64,000 bases of DNA from an uncultured Candidatus Peribacteria bacterium (lineage in GTDB: Bacteria > Patescibacteriota > Gracilibacteria > UBA1369 > UM-FILTER-53-11): NCBI GenBank assembly GCA_964354865.1, contig CAYHBN010000001.1, positions 488 through 64,487 of the forward strand, read 5' to 3'. Under the pieces are notes generated by a model that did not search any database, was not told where the DNA came from, and saw only the letters and a list, made by a program, of their open reading frames with translations. Numbering within the stretch: the first letter of the stretch is position 1; each line of letters opens with the position of its first letter. Both the position numbers and the translations under genes were made by a program. Positions 20,955-29,700 of the stretch are shown one piece after another.

Positions 20955-21742
20955 TTGGCACGCGGTGAAAAAGGCGTTACCACAAGCTTCTCTGCATCTT
21001 CAACTCGATACTCCCCTATCTTCGTGCGCCGAAGTTCTTTTACATACCCACCGCAGCCAAGCAATTGACCGAGGTCGTGCGCGATAGAGCGAATGTAGGT
21101 TCCCTTTGAACACGCAATTCGCAGTGAAACAAATGGCCACTCGTATTTAATTACTTCAATCGAAGAGACATGTACTGTTCGTGGCTCAAGCTTAACCTCT
21201 TTACCCGCACGAGCTAAATCGTACGCACGCTGTCCTTTCACTTTAAGCGCAGAATAAATAGGTGGCGTTTGTTGAATGTCGCCACGAAATGACTCAAGTG
21301 CTTGATCAAATTTTGTGTTCGGGTAAGTGGTGAGCGGGGAAAACAAATTAGCGGGAACCGCGCTGCATGAAAAAAGAGAATCACAAACGGGGATATGGGT
21401 ACAAGGGGGAAGGTTTGGCCCATCCTTGTGGGTACAGGGAAAGTTTGTCGCCGCGAACGGCGCCAAATTCCCATCAGCATCATACGTATCAGAAACTTTT
21501 CCAAACTCAATTTCGACTTCATACTCTTTTGGCAATCCCATAAACTCAGAAATGCGTTTTGTGGCTTTACCGCAGGCAATAATCAATAGCCCCGTGGCAA
21601 GCGGGTCGAGCGTACCCGCATGCCCCATCTTTCGAATATTTAGTTTTTTTCGCAACTCACGAATAACCCCAAACGAGGTAATACCTTTTGGTTTATCGAT
21701 GAATAAGATTGAGCCTGTCTCTAGAGTGTCCATAATGAACAT
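20951..21742 (-). CDS. truB: tRNA pseudouridine(55) synthase TruB (no PUA domain)
   Basis: GHAGTLDPLATGLL (catalytic Asp), QTPPIYSALK, CSKGTYIRS. Start taken at ATG 21742 (MFIMDTLE...), with ATG 21733 as an alternative. Confidence 0.85.
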   Translation of the reverse strand: MFIMDTLETGSILFIDKPKGITSFGVIRELRKKLNIRKMGHAGTLDPLATGLLIIACGKATKRISEFMGLPKEYEVEIEFGKVSDTYDADGNLAPFAATNFPCTHKDGPNLPPCTHIPVCDSLFSCSAVPANLFSPLTTYPNTKFDQALESFRGDIQQTPPIYSALKVKGQRAYDLARAGKEVKLEPRTVHVSSIEVIKYEWPFVSLRIACSKGTYIRSIAHDLGQLLGCGGYVKELRRTKIGEYRVEDAEKLVVTPFSPRAN

Positions 21743-21748
21743 GCTATC

Positions 21749-22789
21749 ATGCCCAACCTCATTATGAGAAATGCACCGGAAAAAACATTGCGAGCTGAAG
21801 CCCATGCCTTGCTACCAAAGCTCGTAGAAGGAAAAATCCCCTTTTTACGCGATAGAGCAATTAGTCGTTTATATGATGTGCTCATGGGTTTTTCCGACAA
21901 AGATATGGTCGGATCACTTACCTCAATGCGCACCAACGACAATGGATTTGCGCTCTCTCCAGCTCATGCAAGCCTATGCCTTGTAGATAAACAGCGAACT
22001 CACCTTTTTTCAAAAGGAGTATACGAAGCTATACATTCCAAGATTAAGAAACTAAATGGTAAACGCAAAGTTCGAGTACTCTATGCGGGGTCTGGACCAT
22101 TTGCGACATTGGCCCTTGCCTCGATGAAAGCATTTCCACCAAATGAAGTGAGCTTTAATATCCTCGATATAAATGAATTCTCTCTAAACAATACAGAACA
22201 GGTATTTGATATTCTTGGATTTGAAAATCATATAGAAAGATTTACTCATGCTGATGCTGCATTATATGAACCATCTGAAACCTACGACATAATAATTTCA
22301 GAGACGATGAATGCAGGACTCAACAATGAGCCTTTGATTCCTATTTACCATAATCTTAAAAAATACCTTGAACCAGATGGAGATTTTATACCGGAAGATG
22401 TAGCTCTAGGATTAGCCTTTGAAAGAAGTGGATTTTTTAGCAGATTTCAAACACCACCGCTACGACGACTCACCGATGAAGCTACCGATCCTTGTCTCAT
22501 TAGCCTACAGTACACCCCCAGTCGAGATCTTTACGATTGTTCCTATGTATCGATAAGCACAACCGTAGAAGTGTATGGTGAGCTATGCTTAAAACCAAAT
22601 AAATCAATAATCACCAGAGACCAACTTGTGGGGCTTTTAGACCCATACATCCGTGCCGGAAAAACGATCTCTGTTTCGTATGATTCGCGAAAACCACTTC
22701 AATTTGCTCATAGAATTGACCAACCTCCAAAAATAATCTTCAATCAATCTGGCGATAAAAATGCAGTATACGATACTGATTTTTATTAG
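21749..22789 (+). CDS. putative class I SAM-dependent methyltransferase
   Basis: VRVLYAGSGPFATLAL (motif I-like) and YDIIISETM (post-I/II-like). The start is uncertain, because only 6 nt separate it from the divergent truB start. Confidence 0.45.
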   Translation: MPNLIMRNAPEKTLRAEAHALLPKLVEGKIPFLRDRAISRLYDVLMGFSDKDMVGSLTSMRTNDNGFALSPAHASLCLVDKQRTHLFSKGVYEAIHSKIKKLNGKRKVRVLYAGSGPFATLALASMKAFPPNEVSFNILDINEFSLNNTEQVFDILGFENHIERFTHADAALYEPSETYDIIISETMNAGLNNEPLIPIYHNLKKYLEPDGDFIPEDVALGLAFERSGFFSRFQTPPLRRLTDEATDPCLISLQYTPSRDLYDCSYVSISTTVEVYGELCLKPNKSIITRDQLVGLLDPYIRAGKTISVSYDSRKPLQFAHRIDQPPKIIFNQSGDKNAVYDTDFY

Positions 22790-24090
22790 AGAGAAACTTC
22801 TACTGCATCACTCAAAATTTCGCGTGCAACTTTTCGGTCGTCCCACTCGATTTTTTTGCCGTCGATAATTTGAATTGGCTCGCAGCCCTTGCCTGCGATA
22901 ATCACGGTATCACCCTCACGTGCCATGGTAAGCGCCAATCGAATTGCCTCGCGGCGATCGCGGATTTTCCACAGTCCCTCGCTCTCTTTGCGTTTAATTC
23001 CTTCACACACATTGTTAATAATTGTCATACGATCTTCGGTATATGAATCGTCGTCGGTCACCACAATCATGTCGGCGTATTTGTCGGCAATTGCCCCCAT
23101 TAATGGCCGTTTGCCCGCATCGCGTCCACCACCCGTACAGCCGAACACAAGCCATAGTTTGCGCTTGGTCAAAGGCTTAAACAGCTCGAGCACCCGTTCG
23201 AGCGACTCTTCGGTATGCGCATAATCGACAAGCACGGTGAAAGGCTGACCAACATCGATTCGCTCAAGTCGACCCGGAATTACAAATTCCTGCTCTAATC
23301 CTTTTTTAATGGATTTTAAATTCACACCACAGCTAATTGCAGCCCCAGCCGCTGCCAAGGCATTGCGCACATTAAATTCTCCCGGCAATTTAAAGTCGAT
23401 CGTCTCAGAGCCATTTGGAACACGAATCGTAAAAGTACAACCAACCGCCGAGTACTTCATATCTTCTGCATGTAAAAATCCTTTTGAAATACCGAAGGCA
23501 AGCTCCCTGTCTTTCGGAAACTGTGCAAAATACGGATACTGATCATCTTCAATCGGCAACACCGCAACTTTTTCAATACCGTGTTTTCGCTCACTATCTC
23601 CTAAAATTTTAAACAAGAGACCTTTTGCGTGCATGTAATTTTCAAAGCTCCCATGATACTCAAGGTGATCATTTTGAATATTGGTGAGAACAGCGGTGTC
23701 GTAATTCACTCCCCATAATCTGGCTTGCACCAAGGCATGCGAGGTAACCTCTAAGATCGCCACATCGCAGTGATCGTCAACCATCATCCTTAATAATTTC
23801 TGTAATCGAAAGCGACCTTGTGTTGATTGTTTGGTGTCATTAATCCACTTTAAATTCCCCACTTGAAAACCAATCGTCGAGGCAACGCCTACTTTTAAAC
23901 CCGCAGATTCAAGAATTTTTGCCGTAATGTGTGTAACCGTCGATTTTCCTTTTGTTCCGGTAATGGCAATGACGCGAAGCCGCTGAGCTGGAAATCCGTA
24001 TCGAATGGCAGCCAAAATCGCGATCAACTTATAATAGAGATGAAGTAGTGGATTGTGGTCAGAGATAAGCCCGCGTAAAAAACGTAGCAT
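22786..24090 (-). CDS. murE: Mur ligase family protein, MurE-like with short N-terminus
   Basis: P-loop ITGTKGKST, DHLEYHGSFENYMHAKGLLF, and a C-terminal domain. The position of the MurE DNPR motif reads DDSY (VVTDDDSYTED). Confidence 0.7.
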   Translation of the reverse strand: MLRFLRGLISDHNPLLHLYYKLIAILAAIRYGFPAQRLRVIAITGTKGKSTVTHITAKILESAGLKVGVASTIGFQVGNLKWINDTKQSTQGRFRLQKLLRMMVDDHCDVAILEVTSHALVQARLWGVNYDTAVLTNIQNDHLEYHGSFENYMHAKGLLFKILGDSERKHGIEKVAVLPIEDDQYPYFAQFPKDRELAFGISKGFLHAEDMKYSAVGCTFTIRVPNGSETIDFKLPGEFNVRNALAAAGAAISCGVNLKSIKKGLEQEFVIPGRLERIDVGQPFTVLVDYAHTEESLERVLELFKPLTKRKLWLVFGCTGGGRDAGKRPLMGAIADKYADMIVVTDDDSYTEDRMTIINNVCEGIKRKESEGLWKIRDRREAIRLALTMAREGDTVIIAGKGCEPIQIIDGKKIEWDDRKVAREILSDAVEVSL

Positions 24091-24128
24091 GGTTGTAGTG
24101 TATCGGGGTTCGTGGTGATCGTCAAAAA

Positions 24129-24137
24129 TGGTATAAT
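24129..24137 (+). promoter_or_regulatory. extended -10 TGGTATAAT upstream of 24173 ORF
   Basis: Exact TGnTATAAT, 35 nt before the ATG. The same 9-mer recurs at 39860 and 63332. Confidence 0.4.
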
Positions 24138-24172
24138 AGACAGAACCATTAATTAATTAAAAATAAAAATCT

Positions 24173-24691
24173 ATGGACGCAACCTTTGAAGCAAAAAATG
24201 CAGCACCTGAACAACGAGAAGTTTTTAGTGAAAGCCTAAAAGAGAAAGAAACACCACAAGAGCGCCATGAAAGATTGGTTGAAGAAGCAGCCATGAAAGA
24301 AGAACAGGAACACTTTGAAGCGCAGTACGAAAAACTAGAAAAAGCCCTCGCCGAAAAACAAGCAGAGCTTACCTCACTTATTGAACGCGCACGTGATGGC
24401 GAAGAGGTAAAAGGCGAAGAGGTAGAAGCCGCGCTACAAATTAAAGGTGAAAAAGGTATTGCTGAAGCATTGGCAAAATCAGTAAACGAGATTGGAAAAA
24501 CCGCGACGGTTATCACTCCTATTACTGAAGTAGTAGAAGCGTTGGGAATTATGGTCAAAGACGAACTTTCCACAGCCACACAGGGACGAATTGCACAAAA
24601 AGAGTTTGCAGAAAAAAGAAGCTGGTATCACACCACCGAAGACGGCAAAACACGGCTCGCGGAGATTGAAAAAGAAGTGAGCGCGAAATAA
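24173..24691 (+). CDS. hypothetical acidic coiled-coil protein
   Basis: 172 aa, Glu/Lys/Ala-rich. The antisense ORF 24157..24579 is Ser/Ala-rich, as expected for a mirror of a GAA/GAG-rich gene. Confidence 0.5.
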   Translation: MDATFEAKNAAPEQREVFSESLKEKETPQERHERLVEEAAMKEEQEHFEAQYEKLEKALAEKQAELTSLIERARDGEEVKGEEVEAALQIKGEKGIAEALAKSVNEIGKTATVITPITEVVEALGIMVKDELSTATQGRIAQKEFAEKRSWYHTTEDGKTRLAEIEKEVSAK

Positions 24692-24733
24692 AGATGCCTA
24701 CTCTGCATCTGTATATTGATACGTACTTGTTTA

Positions 24734-25153
24734 TTATTTTAACAAGCTCCTTCCCCTCTCAATATCCTTTTCAATCTGCACTCGAAGCTCGTCGATCGTC
24801 GCAAAGTTTTCAATAGGACGAAGATACTCACCCATTTCAATTTCAACGCTCGCCCCATACCAATCTTCATTAAAATCAAAAACGTGAATTTCGAAGGAGT
24901 CAGAGGCGGCAACTGCAGGGCGCGGGCCATAATGAGCGACTCCCGCCCTACACTCAGATTTAGGTTTTCCCGGGAAAACGTTAATGTCCTGTGACAAATT
25001 TTCCGGACTGGTACGGCGCACCTTCACCGCATAAATCCCCTGCTCTAGTTTTTCAAATTCAGGCTGATTCGGCGCAACTTGAATATTCATCGTCGGCGGC
25101 AGCCCGTGTTTTTTGCCAATTTTTTGGCCGTGAATGACTGTTCCGATAATCAT
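24734..25153 (-). CDS. monofunctional riboflavin kinase (RibF C-terminal-domain type)
   Basis: GTVIHGQKIGKKHGLPPTMNI, GIYAVKV, FEIHVFDFNEDWYG and LRPIENFATIDELRVQIEKD match the riboflavin kinase domain. There is no FAD-synthetase domain. Confidence 0.7.
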   Translation of the reverse strand: MIIGTVIHGQKIGKKHGLPPTMNIQVAPNQPEFEKLEQGIYAVKVRRTSPENLSQDINVFPGKPKSECRAGVAHYGPRPAVAASDSFEIHVFDFNEDWYGASVEIEMGEYLRPIENFATIDELRVQIEKDIERGRSLLK

Positions 25154-25169
25154 ATTAAAACGCTACGCG

Positions 25170-25874
25170 TTACGCGCTAAATTTCTGCATCGCTTTCGCA
25201 AATTCGACCAAAACGGCACGAGGGTCAGCCGACTTGGTAACTCCCGAGGCGACTAAAATTCCCTGTGCGCCCATTTCGAGGGCAATTCGTACGTCTTCGC
25301 CATTCTTAATTCCTGCGCCAACAATAACGGGCACTCCTTTAATCTCTGCAACCGCTCTGCGAATAATGTCGGGATTCGAGGTAGAAACCGACACATCGCC
25401 GCCAATCAATTCAGGTGGTTCAATTGCAACCGCATCTGGTTTAAGTGCAGCGATATTTTTGCCTTCTTCAACGGTCGCAGCGCAAACACAAGTGAAAAAT
25501 CCGACCTCACGGGCACGATTGAGGCTATCTGCCATATATATAAAAGGTATTCGCTTTTCAGCATGATTCAAGAGCGAGCCATCTGCACCCGCCATTTTGA
25601 GAGCCTCGGGCACAATATGTCCCGTAAATTGACCATGAGTCACACAGTCAAAATGATGGGCAAAAACGGGGATTTCAACCTGTGAGGCGATCATCCAAAT
25701 GTCCGTTGCCTGAGGCGCCACGGCGAAGCAAACTCCATATTCTTTCGCCACTTCTTCGTGAATTTTGGCGAGAGCCAAAGCCGCCATGCCCGTCGCGCTC
25801 TGATACGCCTTAAAATTAGTGATCAAAATGGGAAATCTAATCTGTTGTATGGTTGTTTTTGGTGCGTCGGTCAT
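25170..25874 (-). CDS. tpiA: triosephosphate isomerase, short archaeal type
   Basis: 234 aa. ILITNFKAY, LLNHAEKR, AVAIEPPELIG and GAGIKNGEDVRIALEMGAQGILVASGV are colinear with archaeal TIMs such as the M. jannaschii enzyme. Confidence 0.85.
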   Translation of the reverse strand: MTDAPKTTIQQIRFPILITNFKAYQSATGMAALALAKIHEEVAKEYGVCFAVAPQATDIWMIASQVEIPVFAHHFDCVTHGQFTGHIVPEALKMAGADGSLLNHAEKRIPFIYMADSLNRAREVGFFTCVCAATVEEGKNIAALKPDAVAIEPPELIGGDVSVSTSNPDIIRRAVAEIKGVPVIVGAGIKNGEDVRIALEMGAQGILVASGVTKSADPRAVLVEFAKAMQKFSA

Positions 25875-25881
25875 ACCAATG

Positions 25882-25910
25882 TTGACAAATTGTAAAGTTG
25901 ATGATATAGT
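25882..25910 (+). promoter_or_regulatory. sigma-70-type promoter TTGACA-17 nt-TATAGT
   Basis: TTGACA (25882-25887), a 17-nt spacer, then TATAGT (25905-25910), about 55 nt upstream of ATG 25966. Confidence 0.5.
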
Positions 25911-25965
25911 CCTATCTTCTGTTGACTCAAACGAGTCACTTTATACCCTAATTCTACACACTTTT

Positions 25966-26649
25966 ATGTCTAAAATGAACTATCTTGGTACCGCAGCCCT
26001 TGCCTCAGTCCTCTCTCTCGCTCCTGCACACGCAGAAGCTGCAAAGCGAAAAGACACCGTAAAAGACGAAAATGCCGAAAAAATTGGTAGTTTTCAGCTA
26101 AAAATAGGCGCTATGGCCGGTTTTGTGATTGATCCTGTTGAAGTGGCTATTGGTGGCCATATGCATACCACAAATCCGAATGAAAATGCGGCGCTCGACG
26201 CACATGTGGCTTTGCACCTTAACGATGATTTTAAACTTGGTGTAAAGTTTCAAAATGATACACATAAAACAGGCCCCGACGAAGCGAGTCTTGGTGGCTT
26301 TATAAACACTAAATTCGGCCATCGTGATTTATTAGGATTCGATGCAGGCGTACAATTCAAACTTCAGCGACATGCGGGAGATGTAAGCCAAATTGCGGGA
26401 TTCGATACACGATTTACCGGTGAATTTTATAATGGAATGTATATCGGAGCTGGAGCTGAAGGCGAATTTCACCCAGAACGCAAAAATACCTGTGTATTAG
26501 GTGAAATTGGTTATCGTGGTATGGATGTGGGCGGCCAACATGGGCTTGAAATTGGTATGAATGCTGGTCCTTGTTCAGTAGATACGGGTAACATTAATGC
26601 ATCTGAAGTCGGGTTTCATTTATCTTTGATTCCAAACTTCGGCAAATAA
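25966..26649 (+). CDS. secreted beta-rich protein (small porin-like composition)
   Basis: Start chosen at ATG 25966. MSKMNYLGTAALASVLSLAPAHA/EA looks like a signal peptide. The remainder is made of short alternating Gly/aromatic/polar segments. Confidence 0.6.
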   Translation: MSKMNYLGTAALASVLSLAPAHAEAAKRKDTVKDENAEKIGSFQLKIGAMAGFVIDPVEVAIGGHMHTTNPNENAALDAHVALHLNDDFKLGVKFQNDTHKTGPDEASLGGFINTKFGHRDLLGFDAGVQFKLQRHAGDVSQIAGFDTRFTGEFYNGMYIGAGAEGEFHPERKNTCVLGEIGYRGMDVGGQHGLEIGMNAGPCSVDTGNINASEVGFHLSLIPNFGK

Positions 26650-26676
26650 TTAATGGTAAAAATCGTCGAAACTGAA

Positions 26677-26707
26677 AGGGGTGTGCGGCCATAGGCTTCA
26701 CACTCCT
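26677..26707 (+). terminator. hairpin after the beta-rich protein gene
   Basis: AGGGGTGTG-13 nt-CACACTCCT gives a 9-bp stem with one G-T pair. There is no U-tract, so this is weak. Confidence 0.25.
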
Positions 26708-26716
26708 ATTAAAAAA

Positions 26717-26725
26717 TGGTATACT
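26717..26725 (+). promoter_or_regulatory. extended -10 TGGTATACT upstream of the 1790-aa gene
   Basis: TGnTATACT, 25 nt before ATG 26751, followed by an A/T-rich leader. Confidence 0.4.
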
Positions 26726-26750
26726 AATAAGATTAATAAAAATTAAAACT

Positions 26751-29700
26751 ATGGGTGCACAACAAGAAAATGCAGACCGAGCACAAGCGGTGCTCACACT
26801 CGAGAACTTGCGAGCAGATCAAGACGCAATTCCAAGTACTCCACCTATTGATGGGAATAAACCAATGGCGGCAGAAATAACTACCGCAATTACAAGGGCT
26901 ATTAAAGATAAATATGGAGTCTATACATCTGAAGCTTTTGTTCGTGAAAACATACCACAAGCGGTACTCGCGCAAATGACCGGTGATGTAGATTTATATG
27001 ATGATTTGAACGATGAATGGGATGATATTACCTATGCAAATTTCGATCCAAAAAAACTGATGTTTAGTTTTCATGAAGCAGATGGTGACCTTATTGCAGA
27101 CTTCAATCTCGAACCAGTTTTAAAACCATTCCTTGAGAAAAATTTTGAAGATAAAATTCTTCAACGACGAAGAGCAGCGCAGGTAAGAGGCTACGATCGT
27201 CGCAGAGATATGGCAGATGCAGTAGGACAATTAAATCTGCTCCCACTCAAATACAACGAAGGTTCTAATCGTCCAAATGTACCAAAGAAAGAAAAAGATG
27301 AAGTAGATAAACCGGCAGCAGGCCAAGCAAAGTCAGAAGGCCAGGCAGATCCAAAAAAACCAGAGGGAGTGAATGTTCCGCCTACGCCACCGGCTCCAGA
27401 AAAAGCTCCAGAAGTTCCCGCTTACGAAGAAAAACCGAGCGATGACATGCTCAAAACATACGAGATTAAACGACAAAAACGCGAGAATGTTTTGACATCG
27501 ACCGTTCGTGAAAGACCAGATATTGTTTTAAAAACTCGTGCTGAACTTGACCCGGCAATGGTGCGCGATGCCACCGACGAAAATCCAGATACGTTCGATA
27601 AAAGCTGGAGAAATTTCAACAACTTCTCAGAAATGGAGCAGTTGATGAAAGAAGATTACGCAAAAGAAACTGGCTATAGCGTGAATCCATTTGTAGTTGC
27701 GGGATTCAACACCGATGCACTCAAAGACCTTATTAAACAAGACGCGATAAAAGACAATACGCTTTCATTCGATGAAATTTCAACTCGTGTGTTTACAGAT
27801 CGATATTACCAATTTAAAGAAGTATTAACCACGTATGGTGTTACTGAAGAATGTTTTGACCTTCTTGAGTCAGACGTTGGCAGCGATGTCGACGAAATTG
27901 ACGATCCGCTCGACGAAGACACACTTTTAGAATCATTTCAAAAAGTATCAAAAAATAATGATCGACTTTCTAACGTGAAAGACCAAGGTGAAATTAAAGA
28001 TGCAGGAATTCGAAAACTATACCCATATAAGGAGCAGATAAAAAATGTTACTCAAGTATTGGGCGATTACTGCGCCGCAATCACGACTCTTATTAACTAT
28101 TTGCAGAATGCAAAGTTAAATGTGGGCGAGGAGCTTGAAGATGAAAAGACACTCGATAAAGATCATTCTCCTGTCGCCGTGGCGCTCCGAGAATTATTCT
28201 TGAATAATAATGGAGATCACAATTTACGACGATACGACGATGAACTACATGAAGTTCTAGGATTAGGAGAAAATCCACCAAAAGCAAAATTTAAAGACTT
28301 GAATGGAAACGTCGCCTTTGTAGATGGTGACTGGTTTAACCAAAAACAATCAGCCGAGACAGCGTACAAATTGGCGTATGAAGCGGCACAACCACCACTT
28401 GGAAAAAACGGTGAAATTCCTGAAGGTCTTGACCCGGAAGCAACTAAAATTTATATAAATCACTTACTAAATATTGGTGCAACGACAATTCCTGCAATTA
28501 AAGCAAATGAAAGTATTGGTAAAATTATCGAAGATTTGAAAGAAGCGGGAGTAACGGTACCGCCAGACAATACAGTCATCGATTTCAAAAACGATCCAGC
28601 GATGGATCAGCATAATTTATACAAAGCACTTGAAGTTCACCGTATTTCAGAGCTCACTGAAGATCGCGTTTCTCCTGCTCCAAAAGCAAAATTCAAGGCA
28701 CGTCATTTATTAATGCGCGTTGGTTCAGTGGTATACCAAAAAGAGCAAGAACAAGCCAATAGAGATGTCATTCTCGACAACAAAAGAAAGACACTCAACC
28801 TAAAAAAAGAGCAGGTCGCAAGTATTATGGAGGGACTGAAAGCGACGGGAAAATTTAATCAAGAAGAGTTACAACAAGTTGAACAACGAATGCTTTTGGG
28901 CATTATGCTTGTTGGTAATGTAAAAGCTGATAACGTGTCTCAAGTTATCAATGGTATTGGTGTAAGCGGAGGAATCCCGATCGACCTTGGTCACGACGTG
29001 ACTTTGACCGTTGGCGGCGCCGCAATGGTTGGCAATGGATTTGGATTGAACGCCGGAATTGGTAAAAAATTCACTGTTGAAAAGGGAACGACTATTACAT
29101 TAAGCGGTGGTCCCGGAATTAACTTTGGAGAAAAAACGGTTGTCGGTTTATCGGGCAACGTTTCACTCACAAAAGAGCTCGAAAGTTGCGACCTCTATGT
29201 AGAAGCTGGTACAACTGCGGGCTTCGATGTCGATAACGGCAAATTATTCCCAGGATTCAACGCAGCAGTTGGCTTTAACCGAACTCGCGCAGCAGTGGCA
29301 GAAAATTATAAAGCATCTATCGATACCGCATATAGCGATGCGGGCATTAATAAGTTAGATGCAATGACTCCCGAAGCACGTTATGAAGAAGTTTTGAAAA
29401 ATCCTACTAAATACCCAGGTCTCGGTGACTTGGCACTCCGACTAAAACAAGCAAGTACGCAAGGTACAACCGGAAAAATTATGCCAGGGATGAATGAGCG
29501 CATTTTTGCGGATTCATACGAAGCTTTCAAAAAAGAAAAGAGAGAGCATTCAATGCAAGAGGCCGTTGATGGCGTAACGTTTGCAGGATTAAAATTAGGA
29601 GTTGCAACAACGGTAATGCCATCTCCGTTCCCACCATTCTTTCCCGTTTCAATTCCAACTCCGAATATTGGTGTTGAATTTAATTTATGGAAACGAAAGT

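Noticed and set aside
24157-24579. 140-aa minus-strand Ser/Ala-rich ORF
   Set aside because: It is the antisense mirror of the Glu/Lys-rich plus-strand ORF 24173..24691, which has a TGGTATAAT promoter upstream. Only one of the two can be real, and the plus-strand ORF is the more protein-like.
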